A DNA stretch of 64,000 nt from Thermodesulfobacteriota bacterium (GCA_965215275.1 OZ244044.1:1088001-1152000), one strand, 5' to 3'. Numbered from the stretch's first letter, positions 8,648 to 18,043 are shown. The notes: generated from the letters alone by a model not told the origin. Made by a program: numbers and translations.

Positions 8648-10225
8648 ATGATTAAACTATCTTCTCTGGTTCCATTTTTGATATTTTCCACCTGGCTGAT
8701 GCTTTCAGGAGAGATGGCAATATCCCAGGAAAGGCTGACCCTGTCCTTGGAAGAAGCCAAGACGACCGCACTTGTAAACAACAGGAACATAGAACTGCAG
8801 AAACAGAGCATAGGCTATGCAGAAGGTGACATAATAAAAGAAAAAGGGGCTTTTGATCCATTTCTGAGACTGAATACATCCTATTCCAATATTGAATCCC
8901 CCGTGATAAGTGCCTTTAATGAGAGCGGCAGATTAACAGAAAAAAGATTTAATATTGAAAACAGCGTAACCGGCAGATTATCAACGGGTACCTTCTACGA
9001 CCTGTACAGTTTCTCCGTTTCCAGAGTAGAGTCCGACTCGCCGGTAGAATCCCTGAACCCGGAGCTTTTTACATCTCTCGGCTTTGGGATTGGTCAGGAA
9101 CTGCTGAAGAACTTCGGTGTAAGCGTGAACAGGGCACGGCTGTTCGTCGCCAGAAAAAATCTGGAGATATCGAGGGTGCGGTTCGAGAAAGTCGTATCGG
9201 ACGTTCTGTTCGAGACAGAACAGTATTACTGGGATCTGGTCGCTTCCATACAGAACGTAAAACTTGAAAAAAGTGCACTGGAACTGGCGGAAGACCTGGA
9301 ACAAAGAAACACCGTTGAAGTAGAGGTCGGCACTTTACCGTCAGTAGCAATAACTCAGGCAAAGTCGGAGGTTGCTTTCAGGAACGTAAGTCTTTTAAAT
9401 GAGAAAAATTTAATGGAAAGGGCCGAGGATAAGCTTAAAAACGCTCTTGGACTGGTCTACAGCATCAAAGTCGTGCCGACCGAAAAGCCCGAGATCTACA
9501 TCGAAGAGAACATAGATGAGAACGAGGCACTTGCAACCGCTTTTAAAAACAGACCTGAACTTGCCGAAGTTTTGCTTGATATAGAGAAAAGTAAAAGACT
9601 GGTGAGATTTTATTCCAATCAGAAGTTGCCGAACCTGACAGTGAACGCCTTTTTGCAATTCCAGGGGGTGGGAGGGGACGAAAGATCAGACAGGTTGTTC
9701 TTTAATGCACAAAAGGAACCTATACAGGACAGTTTTCTGGGAGAATCAAAGGCGTTCAATACGCTTGTAAACAGGGATTTTCCCGGCTGGTCGGTCATGG
9801 GTACTTTCACCTATCCATTGTTCAACAGAGATGCCAAGGGGGATCACATAAAGGCAGTTGCAGAAATGAACAGACAGATGATCAGCTACAAGAAGGTAAA
9901 AGAGCAGATAGAACTTGAGGTCAGGGACGCCATAAGGGAGGTCAGGAACGGCAGAAAGAGAATAGACGCGACCCAGAAGGCCGTGGAACTGGCTGAAGAA
10001 GTGGTTATGAACGATGAAGAAAGACTTAAGGTCGGGATCGCTACCACAAGGGAAGTGCTCGAAGCACAGCGGGACCTGATCTATGCACAAACGGCACGGG
10101 TAGAAGCGATCGCTCAGTACAATATCTCTATCGCCGCTCTTGAAAAAGCCAAGGGAACGTTGCTGTTGAAAAACAACGTAGTGATCAAAGATAACGGCAA
10201 CTTTAACGTAGGTCTGGTTCAGTAA
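8648..10225 (+). CDS. TolC-family outer membrane efflux protein
   Basis: Signal peptide, LSLEEA..TAL.NN, two OEP-like repeats, G..T..EVLEAQ..L..AQ. Confidence 0.88.
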   Translation: MIKLSSLVPFLIFSTWLMLSGEMAISQERLTLSLEEAKTTALVNNRNIELQKQSIGYAEGDIIKEKGAFDPFLRLNTSYSNIESPVISAFNESGRLTEKRFNIENSVTGRLSTGTFYDLYSFSVSRVESDSPVESLNPELFTSLGFGIGQELLKNFGVSVNRARLFVARKNLEISRVRFEKVVSDVLFETEQYYWDLVASIQNVKLEKSALELAEDLEQRNTVEVEVGTLPSVAITQAKSEVAFRNVSLLNEKNLMERAEDKLKNALGLVYSIKVVPTEKPEIYIEENIDENEALATAFKNRPELAEVLLDIEKSKRLVRFYSNQKLPNLTVNAFLQFQGVGGDERSDRLFFNAQKEPIQDSFLGESKAFNTLVNRDFPGWSVMGTFTYPLFNRDAKGDHIKAVAEMNRQMISYKKVKEQIELEVRDAIREVRNGRKRIDATQKAVELAEEVVMNDEERLKVGIATTREVLEAQRDLIYAQTARVEAIAQYNISIAALEKAKGTLLLKNNVVIKDNGNFNVGLVQ

Positions 10226-10383
10226 AATATATAAAAGCAGATAAACAGTGTTCAGTCAGCACAAGCCGAATTATTTAATTTGGGAATTATATACAATAGT
10301 GACGAAGCCTCCAATAAATAGTTGACAAACTATAGATTTGTCATTATTACAGGTAAGAAAATTAAATAACTGGAGGAAGTTAT

Positions 10384-11325
10384 ATGTCAAAGAAAGCACC
10401 TGGGAAATCATACAGGAAAGGGATATCGTTAGTAAAGTTATTCAGGAAATTCCCTTCTGATGCTGTTGCAGAGGAATGGTTTGTAAAACAGAGGTGGGGA
10501 AAGGAACCCGTATGTCCGTATTGCGGGACAAGAAACGTTCAGACCGGGACTGGTCATAAGACAATGCCGTACAGGTACAGGGAAAAAGGACGTTCGAAAT
10601 GGTTCAGTGCAAGGAGCAGGACAGTTATGCAGTCTTCTAATATCAGGTATCAGGCTTGGGCAGTGGCAATATATCTTTTTGCCACGTCATTAAAGGGAGT
10701 ATCAAGTATGAAACTGCATAGAGATCTGGATATTACGCATAGGTCAGCATGGCATTTATCGCATCGTATCAGAGAGGCGTGGAACAGAGAAGAACTGCAA
10801 GTGTTTACAGGCTCCGTGGAGGCAGATGAGACGTTTACAGGTGGAAAGGAGAGAAACAAGCATAACAACAGGCGTAGTCATACACGAGGACCTGGAGGGA
10901 AGTCCATTGTTGCAGGAATGAAGAACAGAGAGACAAACAGGGTAACAGCACAACCGGTTTCTGAACGTAGTAAAGAGGAAATACAGGGTTTTACAGTTAA
11001 GAACGCAGGTAGTGGAGTAAAAACATATACCGATGATCATAAAAGCTATACAGGGTTGCCTTATGAGCATGAGAGCGTGGATCATAGTGTAAGGGAGTAC
11101 GTTAAAGAGCAGGCACATGTAAACGGAGTGGGATCGTTCCGGGCAATGTTAAAAAGAGGATATACCGGCACGTACCACAGAATGAGTAAAAAGCATTTAA
11201 ATCGTTATGTAAATGAGTTTTCGGGGAGGCATAATATAAGAAGACTGGACACGGAAGATCAGATGGGAACAACAGCAAGGGCAATGTATGGAAAGACCTT
11301 GCCTTATAAAGAACTGATAAGGTAA
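10384..11325 (+). CDS. IS1595-family DDE transposase, probably inactive
   Basis: CPYC Zn ribbon, KGVSSMKLHRDL, VEADET, YTDD, RYVNEFSGRHN. NGVGS replaces the usual NGIES/NGVES. Confidence 0.9.
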   Translation: MSKKAPGKSYRKGISLVKLFRKFPSDAVAEEWFVKQRWGKEPVCPYCGTRNVQTGTGHKTMPYRYREKGRSKWFSARSRTVMQSSNIRYQAWAVAIYLFATSLKGVSSMKLHRDLDITHRSAWHLSHRIREAWNREELQVFTGSVEADETFTGGKERNKHNNRRSHTRGPGGKSIVAGMKNRETNRVTAQPVSERSKEEIQGFTVKNAGSGVKTYTDDHKSYTGLPYEHESVDHSVREYVKEQAHVNGVGSFRAMLKRGYTGTYHRMSKKHLNRYVNEFSGRHNIRRLDTEDQMGTTARAMYGKTLPYKELIR

Positions 11326-11377
11326 TATGAATAATGTTACAGGATAAAAAACAGACCAAAAAACAAAGAAACTTGCA

Positions 11378-11566
11378 ATGACGAACAGGAAAAAAACAAT
11401 AGAGATCTTGCCAGGCAGTTATGAACCGACAGAAGAAGAGAAAGAGCATCCGTTTTCTATTGATACAACTCCGCAAAAGTCAGCAAAAGCTATCCTCCAG
11501 CCTGTCAACGTTAAAAAGAAGGATGTAAAGAAACACGTTGCTGAACGTTCAAAAAACAGGAAATGA
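11378..11566 (+). CDS. Small passenger ORF inside IS1595 copy 1
   Basis: 62-aa Lys-rich ORF that fills the space between the transposase and the right TIR. Confidence 0.55.
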   Translation: MTNRKKTIEILPGSYEPTEEEKEHPFSIDTTPQKSAKAILQPVNVKKKDVKKHVAERSKNRK

Positions 11567-11708
11567 TCCAGGTTTCGTCACTATTGTATATAATTCCCAT
11601 TTAATTTAACTGTCTCAAATACTTTTATTTTTGATATAACTTACTGAAATAATTTAGTTTTTATTGACAAAATGGTTATTATATAATATACTTTTATACA
11701 TACTAATA

Positions 11709-12185
11709 ATGAAACTTTTTAACAGACTGAATAAAAAAGTCACTAAGTTTTTGTCAAAAAAAGTCCTATTCAAAAGGTTTATCTCTAAAAAAAGAGATAA
11801 AAAAGACATATGTCAATTAATCCCTAATATAATAAATGCTGATAATAATTGCGCTCTTATTGCACTTCATCTTTTGTTTCCAAAAATTCCGGAAGATAAA
11901 ATATTAGACGCATTTTACCATTGTTGCGAAAAGTGGCCAAATGAGGGAGTTACAAACAAAGAGTTTAATATTGCTCTTAAATTTTTAAACCTGGACAAAA
12001 AAGTTTGTTATCACGGAAATGAAACAATTGTTCAATTACTATTAGCACATAAAGATAGAGCTTTTATAAGTTTAGTACACGGACACTTTTTGGTTATTTC
12101 GTTCGGTAGAATTTTAGAGTTTTTCAGTTGTTATTGGACTAACTGTAAAGAAGCAAAAGTCTATTGTTATTGGGAAAAACTTTAG
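11709..12185 (+). CDS. Hypothetical protein, possible papain-like (C39-like) cysteine peptidase
   Basis: AT-rich ORF with NNCALIAL and VHGHFLVI motifs. Start ATG 11709 chosen instead of TTG 11664. Confidence 0.5.
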   Translation: MKLFNRLNKKVTKFLSKKVLFKRFISKKRDKKDICQLIPNIINADNNCALIALHLLFPKIPEDKILDAFYHCCEKWPNEGVTNKEFNIALKFLNLDKKVCYHGNETIVQLLLAHKDRAFISLVHGHFLVISFGRILEFFSCYWTNCKEAKVYCYWEKL

Positions 12186-12814
12186 CAAGGGGCATAGTTT
12201 CTGTATTTTTTATGACATTTGCGAAACTCTTTAGACTCTGGATTTTGCAAATGATGTAACAGCATCATAAATCCAACTGAAGTTGCCTCCATTATTATTG
12301 CTGTATATGAACCGTAATCGCCATAACCATCATCGCCGGCGTTTTCTAAACTTAGAGGCTTTGGGTTCCAAAAGCAGGTATATTCTGAAAAGTGTTTTTT
12401 GATACCAACACCAATAGAAAGCGTTTTAATGATTTCTCCTGCTCTGCCAACTTCATTGCACAACTCGCCACAAGTAATACGAGCATCATTGGTATCTGGA
12501 ACATTAATAACAATCTGAGAATCACTTACAGTATCCCTCGCCTTTATAGCTTCTGAAGGAATGTCTGGAGTGTGTCTTTTCAGATGATGGGGTATGATCT
12601 TGATTTCAATTTCTGAGTTAATAAGGTTTGTTAATTTATCTTTTAAAACATAAACTTTATATTTACCAATATCAGTCCGTATGAAATTTCCTCTGTTTAG
12701 GTTGCTTATATCAACTTTATCCCCATCTATAAGAGCTAAATGTTTAGCCCCAGTCCTTACTAACATTTCAGCAAATACACTTCCAACGGCACCGCAACCA
12801 ACAATACAAAATTT
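12182..12814 (-). pseudogene. ThiF/MoeB/E1-like adenylyltransferase, 5'-truncated by IS1595 copy 2
   Basis: IVGCGAVGS, IDGDKVDISNLNR, DIGKYKV. The ORF-track start (12847) lies inside the IS. Confidence 0.75.
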
Positions 12815-12855
12815 GGGAACTATATAGGAAAGTTGACAAAATCCCATAACTCCCT

Positions 12856-13041
12856 TTAATCATTAACTTCTTTTATAAGAGGATTTCCTTTAGGATCTAC
12901 TACTAATTTAAACCTTTTTTTCAGTTCTTCTTTGGTTGGTTTTTTAGGTCGTTTATGCGGGATCGAACCCATTTTTAACAACATCTTTGATGCTTTATCT
13001 ATTGCTTGTTCTTTTTCTTTTTTTGCTTTTAATCTTTTCAT
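12856..13041 (-). CDS. Small basic passenger ORF inside IS1595 copy 2
   Basis: 61-aa Lys-rich ORF between the transposase and the TIR, in the same position as in copy 1. Confidence 0.55.
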   Translation of the reverse strand: MKRLKAKKEKEQAIDKASKMLLKMGSIPHKRPKKPTKEELKKRFKLVVDPKGNPLIKEVND

Positions 13042-13095
13042 TATAAAACAAATAACTATTAAATATGATCAAGACTCCTCCATCATATGTCATCA

Positions 13096-14017
13096 TTACT
13101 GTGTTAACTCTTCAAAGGTTATAGTTTTTCCTGCCATATTTCTAAAAAGTGCATCCAGTTGATCTTGCGTGTCTGTTTTTACATTACCTTCATTTAACCT
13201 GAACGAAAACTCATCTATATATTTCTTAAGATGTTTTTTATTCCAATTGTGATATACACCTTTGTATCCACCCTTTAATACTGCCCAGACACTTTCAACC
13301 CCGTTTGTAGAAGCCATCGTATTTACAAACTCTTTTGCCCAATGATCGACCGTCTTATGCTCAAATTCTCTATCTGATAAACCTCTGTATCCTCTATGCT
13401 CATCTGTGTATATAATGGAACCTTCTGCAATGTTCTCTTTTATCTCTCTTGAAAGAGTTTCACTCTCTCTGTTCCGGATCACTTTTGCTCTGGTTCTGCC
13501 TCCCTTCTCCCTCATACCTGATATACAGACCTTTCCTGCAACTCCTCTGCCTTTATTTCGTTTCTTGCTCCCGTGCTTGTTCTTCTCAAGTCCACCTATG
13601 TATGTCTCGTCTATCTCTACTTCTCCTTTCAATAATACTTCCATATTACTTCCACAAGCAAGTCGCAACCTATGCAGCATATACCAGGCTGTTGTCTGGG
13701 TTACTTCTAACTCCTTGCTCAACTGTAAACTGCTTATTCCCTTTCGGGAAGTCATAAGCAAATATCCTGCAAATATCCACTTCCGCATACTCAAGTGGAG
13801 TGCCTGTTAAAGCAGTAAAATAACTCCGGCATTCCTTACACCAATACCTGCCATATGGTTTCTTCTGTCGTGTTATTTTCTTGCTGCTTCCACACTTTGT
13901 GCAGTTTATTTTCTTTCCCCAGCGTAATCCCTCAAAATACTTAATTACAGATTCTTTTGCAGGATACTTTTCCATTAACCCAAATAAACTGACCGTCTTC
14001 ACATGTCTTTTTTTCAT
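13096..14017 (-). pseudogene. IS1595-family transposase, frameshifted near 13790
   Basis: The N-terminal part (CTKC..YWCKEC Zn ribbon) and the C-terminal part (KGISSLQL, VEIDET, YTDE, NGVES) are in different frames. Confidence 0.9.
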
Positions 14018-14129
14018 ACAATAAATATGATCTTCTATCATCTCTTGTCAACTCTTGTGTCAATATATCCCCTGTTTTGTCAACTTCCCTATATAGTTCC
14101 CTAAGAAAGGAAAGAGAAAGACGTTATAC

Positions 14130-14159
14130 TTGACATTCGTTCATAATACCTGGTAAAAT
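14130..14159 (+). promoter_or_regulatory. Sigma70-type promoter of surface protein paralog 1
   Basis: TTGACA-18 bp-TAAAAT with an extended TG; conserved in paralog 2. Confidence 0.65.
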
Positions 14160-14205
14160 AAAAGAGTTATGAAAAGTTCAAACATAAAAACACGTAGTTC
14201 CATTA

Positions 14206-14286
14206 CCCCCCCCCCCCGTGTATACCTGACCTTTCAGCCTGGTATAAATATTTTGTAAGAACAATGTTTAAGATAATCCCCCCCCC
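14206..14286 (+). repeat. Two poly-C tracts (C12 at 14206-14217, C9 at 14278-14286)
   Basis: Counted directly; homologous tracts occur in paralog 2. Confidence 0.9.
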
Positions 14287-17200
14287 ATCTAAGTTATTAC
14301 TAACCTTAGTCTTTATTCTACTGAGTATCATGGTCATAGCTGCAAAAGGGCAGAGCAGCCTGGAAGAAACATTATCTGAATGCAGAGATATCAGTGCAGG
14401 TCTGGAAGATCCGTTATACGGATGTCAGTGGCATCTGAATAACACTGGACAGTTAAGTATTTCCGGAAAGAGAATAACAGCAGGAGAAGATATTAACGCA
14501 GAGGGAGTATGGAACGAAGAGGTATATGGTACTGGAATTAACGTAGCAGTTGTAAGTAATGGAATAGACCTTTCACATGAGGACCTTTCTGCTAAGGTCC
14601 GTTCGGAACTGAACTACAACTTTTCTGGAAAAGATAATTCAGACAGTTCAGAGTTAAGTGGTACACGAGCGGCAGGAGTAACGGCAGCGGCTGGATATAA
14701 CGGACTGGGAACAAGAGGAGTTGCACCTGGTGCGAGTATATACAGTAATAAGTTAACAGGAGATCTCAGGGAATCAGACGCAATGGAAGCAGGGGAAGCA
14801 ATGGTGCGTAATAAAGAAATAACTGCAGTATCCGTCAGCGACCGGGGATCTGAGGACGGAGTTTTTCTTCAGGGTGCTTCGGCTGAGTGGGAAGAGGGAG
14901 TGGAAGAGGGTATAAGGGAAGGGTTTTACGGCAGGGGAATATTTTACGTCCTGGGAGCAGGGGACGGACATGAGAGCGGAGATCAGGCTAATTTTTCTGA
15001 ATATTCCAATTACTACGGGGTAACAGCGGTGTGTTCAACGGACGGTTCTGGAAAGAAGAGCTTGTTTTCAGAAGAGGGAGTGAATCTGTGGGTATGTGCG
15101 CCTGGTCCTGATATAGCGACCACTGATAGCGACGACGATCACGCCGTGACGTCCGGAACTGTCCTTTCAGTTTCACGGGTCGCAGGTGTGGCGGCACTGC
15201 TGAGAGAGGTAAACGAAGACCTGAGCTGGAGGGATATAAAGCTTATACTTGCGGGTTCGGCACGGCAGAACGACGTTCCTGACATTAGCTGGGAGACTGG
15301 AGCGGTAAAATACGGTTCCGACGTGGAAAGATACAGATACAGTTCGAAATACGGTTTTGGCGTGGTGGACGCGGAGGCGGCCGCAGAGCTTGCCGGAAGC
15401 TGGAAAGGAGTGGGAGAAATGAGGACCGTTACAGCTTCCTCGGATAATGAACTGACGATCCCTGATGGAGAAGGAGAGGCGGACGGGGTCCTTACCTCCA
15501 GACTTATGATTTCGGACCTGGAGGAAATATTTACGGAGTTCGTTGAGGTAGAACTCGTTCTCTCGTGTGACTGCCTGCAGGACCTCAATATACGGATAAC
15601 CTCTCCTTCCGGGACAGTATCGGAACTTGTGCGGGAGTCTGCCAGTGAGTTTGTAAGGGGATCTTCGAATGAAGAAAACGACTGCGTCAGTTACCTGGGG
15701 AAAAAACATCGTTTCGGTTCGGCAAGACACCTCGGGGAAGACCCTTCCGGAGAATGGACCCTTAAGATATATAATACTGCTTCCGGAGATGAAGAAGATA
15801 CAGAAAATACCGTTACCCTGCACTCATGGAGCATCAGGGTATACGGGCACGGGAAGGAAGATACTTTAACGGACTTTGGCGGGGAGATCACTGCCAAGGC
15901 TTTAACTTTGGGTAATGTTCCTGGTGGTAGGCTGACCTGGACGCAACATAAGCTGGTAAACGCAAGGTTATTCGAGGCAGCCGGAGGCAGGCCGCCGTAT
16001 ACTTACAGTTTAGCTCCTTTACCTCCTGGATTGAATTTTAACGGAACCACCAGAATTATAAACGGGAGACCGACCGCTGCAGGTGACACCGACGTTCAGT
16101 ATACGGCAAGAGACGCAAATAACGATACGGCACGGAGTGACTTCGTTATAAGGATAACGGCGAACGCCGCGCCGGTTTTTGGCAGCAAGACGGTTGCTGC
16201 TCAGGTGTACACGGCAAGGAAAGCAATAGAACCATTGGAACTTCCCGAGGCAACGGGAGGGGATGGAACCTTGACTTACAATATAAGTGGTAACGTCAGG
16301 GGTATAGGGTTGAACTTTAACCGTAACACAAGGATACTGAGCGGAATGCCCACCAGTGTTACGCCTGGTATTACAGCCGTTTATACCGCCACTGACGCAG
16401 ATGGAGATACTGCCGAGCTGAGGTTCAATATACGGGTAAGACATCAGAACGACATACCGACCTTCGGCAGTCAGATGGTAGATGATCAGAATTGGGTTAA
16501 CGGCAGTGCGGTAAGGCTAACGCTGCCTCGTGCAAGAAACGGGAATGGAACGTTAACCTACGGTATAACCCCTGCTTTGCCTGATGGACTGGACTTTGAT
16601 CCTGGTACCAGAGTGCTGAGCGGAACACCGACCGCTGCGGCACCTGAGAACACTTACACGTATACGGTAACGGACAGTGATAACGATATTCATGAAAGTG
16701 ATTCTGACAGTCTGACCTTCAGGATAAGAATAAAAGCTGCAACTGAAGTCCCAAGTTTCGGCAGTCAGACGGTAGGTAATAAGATTTATACAGCAGGGGT
16801 TCAAATATCACCATTCACGTTACCTCTTGCAACGCAAGGAACTGGAATTACACTCAGGTTAACCCCTCGTTTACCTTCCGGATTGAATTTTAACCATGCT
16901 ACCGGAGAGATAAGTGGAATACCGACCACTGCAACGTCTGAGACTGATTATACATGGAGAGCAACGGACAGAGACGGATATACGGCTGAGATAACGTTCA
17001 GTATAACGATAAGAGCAGCAGACACGGAACCGACCTTCGGCGGTGAGACGACGGATGATCAGGAATACGTGGCAGGAAGTCAGATAACGCCGGTAACGCT
17101 GCCAGTGGCAACGGGAGGAAATGCTCCGTTAGCCTACGGTATAACCCCTGATCTGCCTGCTGGACTGGACTTTGATGAAAACGCCCGAGTGCTGAGCGGA

Positions 17201-18043
17201 ACACCTACTACTGCAACGAGTAAGAATACCTATACATATACTGTAACGGACGAAGATGGAGACACGGATGAAATTGAGTTCGGTATCACCGTGTCGGAGG
17301 ACACAATGCCGACCTTCGACGGTGAGACGATAGAAGACAAGGTGACCGTTAACGGCGTTACAGAAGTAATGGAAACGCTGCCTCTTGCAACAGGAGGGAA
17401 CGGAACGCTGACTTACAGTTTAACTGATGCCGGTTCAAATGCTTTGAATTTATTTGCCGGACTGGACTGGGATGACAACACCCGGGTGCTGAGCGGAACA
17501 CCCAATATCGGTTCAGCGCTGCTTCATCTGCTTCCTCGAACCGAGACTTACACGTGGACGGTAACGGACGAAGATGGAGATACAGCAGAGATAACGTTCA
17601 GTATAGTAATAGAAGAAGACAGCATGCCGGAATTCAGTGTGACGACGATAGAAGATCAGGTGTACAGGGGGAGATCAATAATGTTGCCGGTAGCAACGGG
17701 AGGGAATGCACCGTTAGTATACAGTATAACGCCTCCCTTACCTCCTGTATTGAGATTGAACGAAAACACCGGGGTAATAAGCGGGACGTCCGTCCGTGCG
17801 TCATCTGCTGCTACTTACAGGTATACGGTAACGGACAGGGACGGAGACATGAAAGAGTTGACCTTCAGGTTCAGTGCAGCGGCTCCGCCACCGACAAGTA
17901 GTAATTCAGGCGGAGGTGGAGGATGTGCTGTATCAGATCAGAGCATCGCCATTTTTGATATTCTCGGAGTAATGGCATGTCTGATACTTATACCCGTGTC
18001 TGTAATTATCAGAAGGAAAAGAAGATCTCAGATAAAGACTTAG
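14264..18043 (+). CDS. Surface protein: degenerate S8 subtilase + proprotein convertase P-domain + ~7 putative Ig (He_PIG-like) repeats + C-terminal sorting signal
   Basis: DPLY..QWHL.N, LSWRDIKLIL, YGFGVVDA, L.I.ITSPSGT, GEDPSGEWTL, repeated LP.GL.FD..TR.LSGTPT and TDxDGD, tail GGGGGCAVS-TM-RRKRR. Confidence 0.85.
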   Translation: MFKIIPPPSKLLLTLVFILLSIMVIAAKGQSSLEETLSECRDISAGLEDPLYGCQWHLNNTGQLSISGKRITAGEDINAEGVWNEEVYGTGINVAVVSNGIDLSHEDLSAKVRSELNYNFSGKDNSDSSELSGTRAAGVTAAAGYNGLGTRGVAPGASIYSNKLTGDLRESDAMEAGEAMVRNKEITAVSVSDRGSEDGVFLQGASAEWEEGVEEGIREGFYGRGIFYVLGAGDGHESGDQANFSEYSNYYGVTAVCSTDGSGKKSLFSEEGVNLWVCAPGPDIATTDSDDDHAVTSGTVLSVSRVAGVAALLREVNEDLSWRDIKLILAGSARQNDVPDISWETGAVKYGSDVERYRYSSKYGFGVVDAEAAAELAGSWKGVGEMRTVTASSDNELTIPDGEGEADGVLTSRLMISDLEEIFTEFVEVELVLSCDCLQDLNIRITSPSGTVSELVRESASEFVRGSSNEENDCVSYLGKKHRFGSARHLGEDPSGEWTLKIYNTASGDEEDTENTVTLHSWSIRVYGHGKEDTLTDFGGEITAKALTLGNVPGGRLTWTQHKLVNARLFEAAGGRPPYTYSLAPLPPGLNFNGTTRIINGRPTAAGDTDVQYTARDANNDTARSDFVIRITANAAPVFGSKTVAAQVYTARKAIEPLELPEATGGDGTLTYNISGNVRGIGLNFNRNTRILSGMPTSVTPGITAVYTATDADGDTAELRFNIRVRHQNDIPTFGSQMVDDQNWVNGSAVRLTLPRARNGNGTLTYGITPALPDGLDFDPGTRVLSGTPTAAAPENTYTYTVTDSDNDIHESDSDSLTFRIRIKAATEVPSFGSQTVGNKIYTAGVQISPFTLPLATQGTGITLRLTPRLPSGLNFNHATGEISGIPTTATSETDYTWRATDRDGYTAEITFSITIRAADTEPTFGGETTDDQEYVAGSQITPVTLPVATGGNAPLAYGITPDLPAGLDFDENARVLSGTPTTATSKNTYTYTVTDEDGDTDEIEFGITVSEDTMPTFDGETIEDKVTVNGVTEVMETLPLATGGNGTLTYSLTDAGSNALNLFAGLDWDDNTRVLSGTPNIGSALLHLLPRTETYTWTVTDEDGDTAEITFSIVIEEDSMPEFSVTTIEDQVYRGRSIMLPVATGGNAPLVYSITPPLPPVLRLNENTGVISGTSVRASSAATYRYTVTDRDGDMKELTFRFSAAAPPPTSSNSGGGGGCAVSDQSIAIFDILGVMACLILIPVSVIIRRKRRSQIKT

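Larger units (their letters stand above)
10282..11598 (+). mobile_element. IS1595-family insertion sequence (copy 1)
   Basis: 29-bp TIRs GGGAATTATATACAATAGTGACGAA(G/A)CCT (28/29). Direct repeat ATTTAATTT at 10273-10281 and 11599-11607. Confidence 0.93.
12815..14101 (-). mobile_element. IS1595-family insertion sequence (copy 2)
   Basis: 27-bp TIRs GGGAACTATATAGG(A/G)AAGTTGACAAAA (26/27) at 12815-12841 and 14075-14101. No TSD. Confidence 0.92.

Noticed and set aside
6900..8650. tnpB as a Cas12f/type V CRISPR effector
   Set aside because: No repeat-spacer array or cas1/cas2 was seen near it or elsewhere in the window.
15880..17880. Repeats in the surface proteins as a CRISPR array or diversity-generating retroelement
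   Set aside because: They are degenerate in-frame protein domain repeats; no reverse transcriptase or adenine-specific TR/VR pair was seen.
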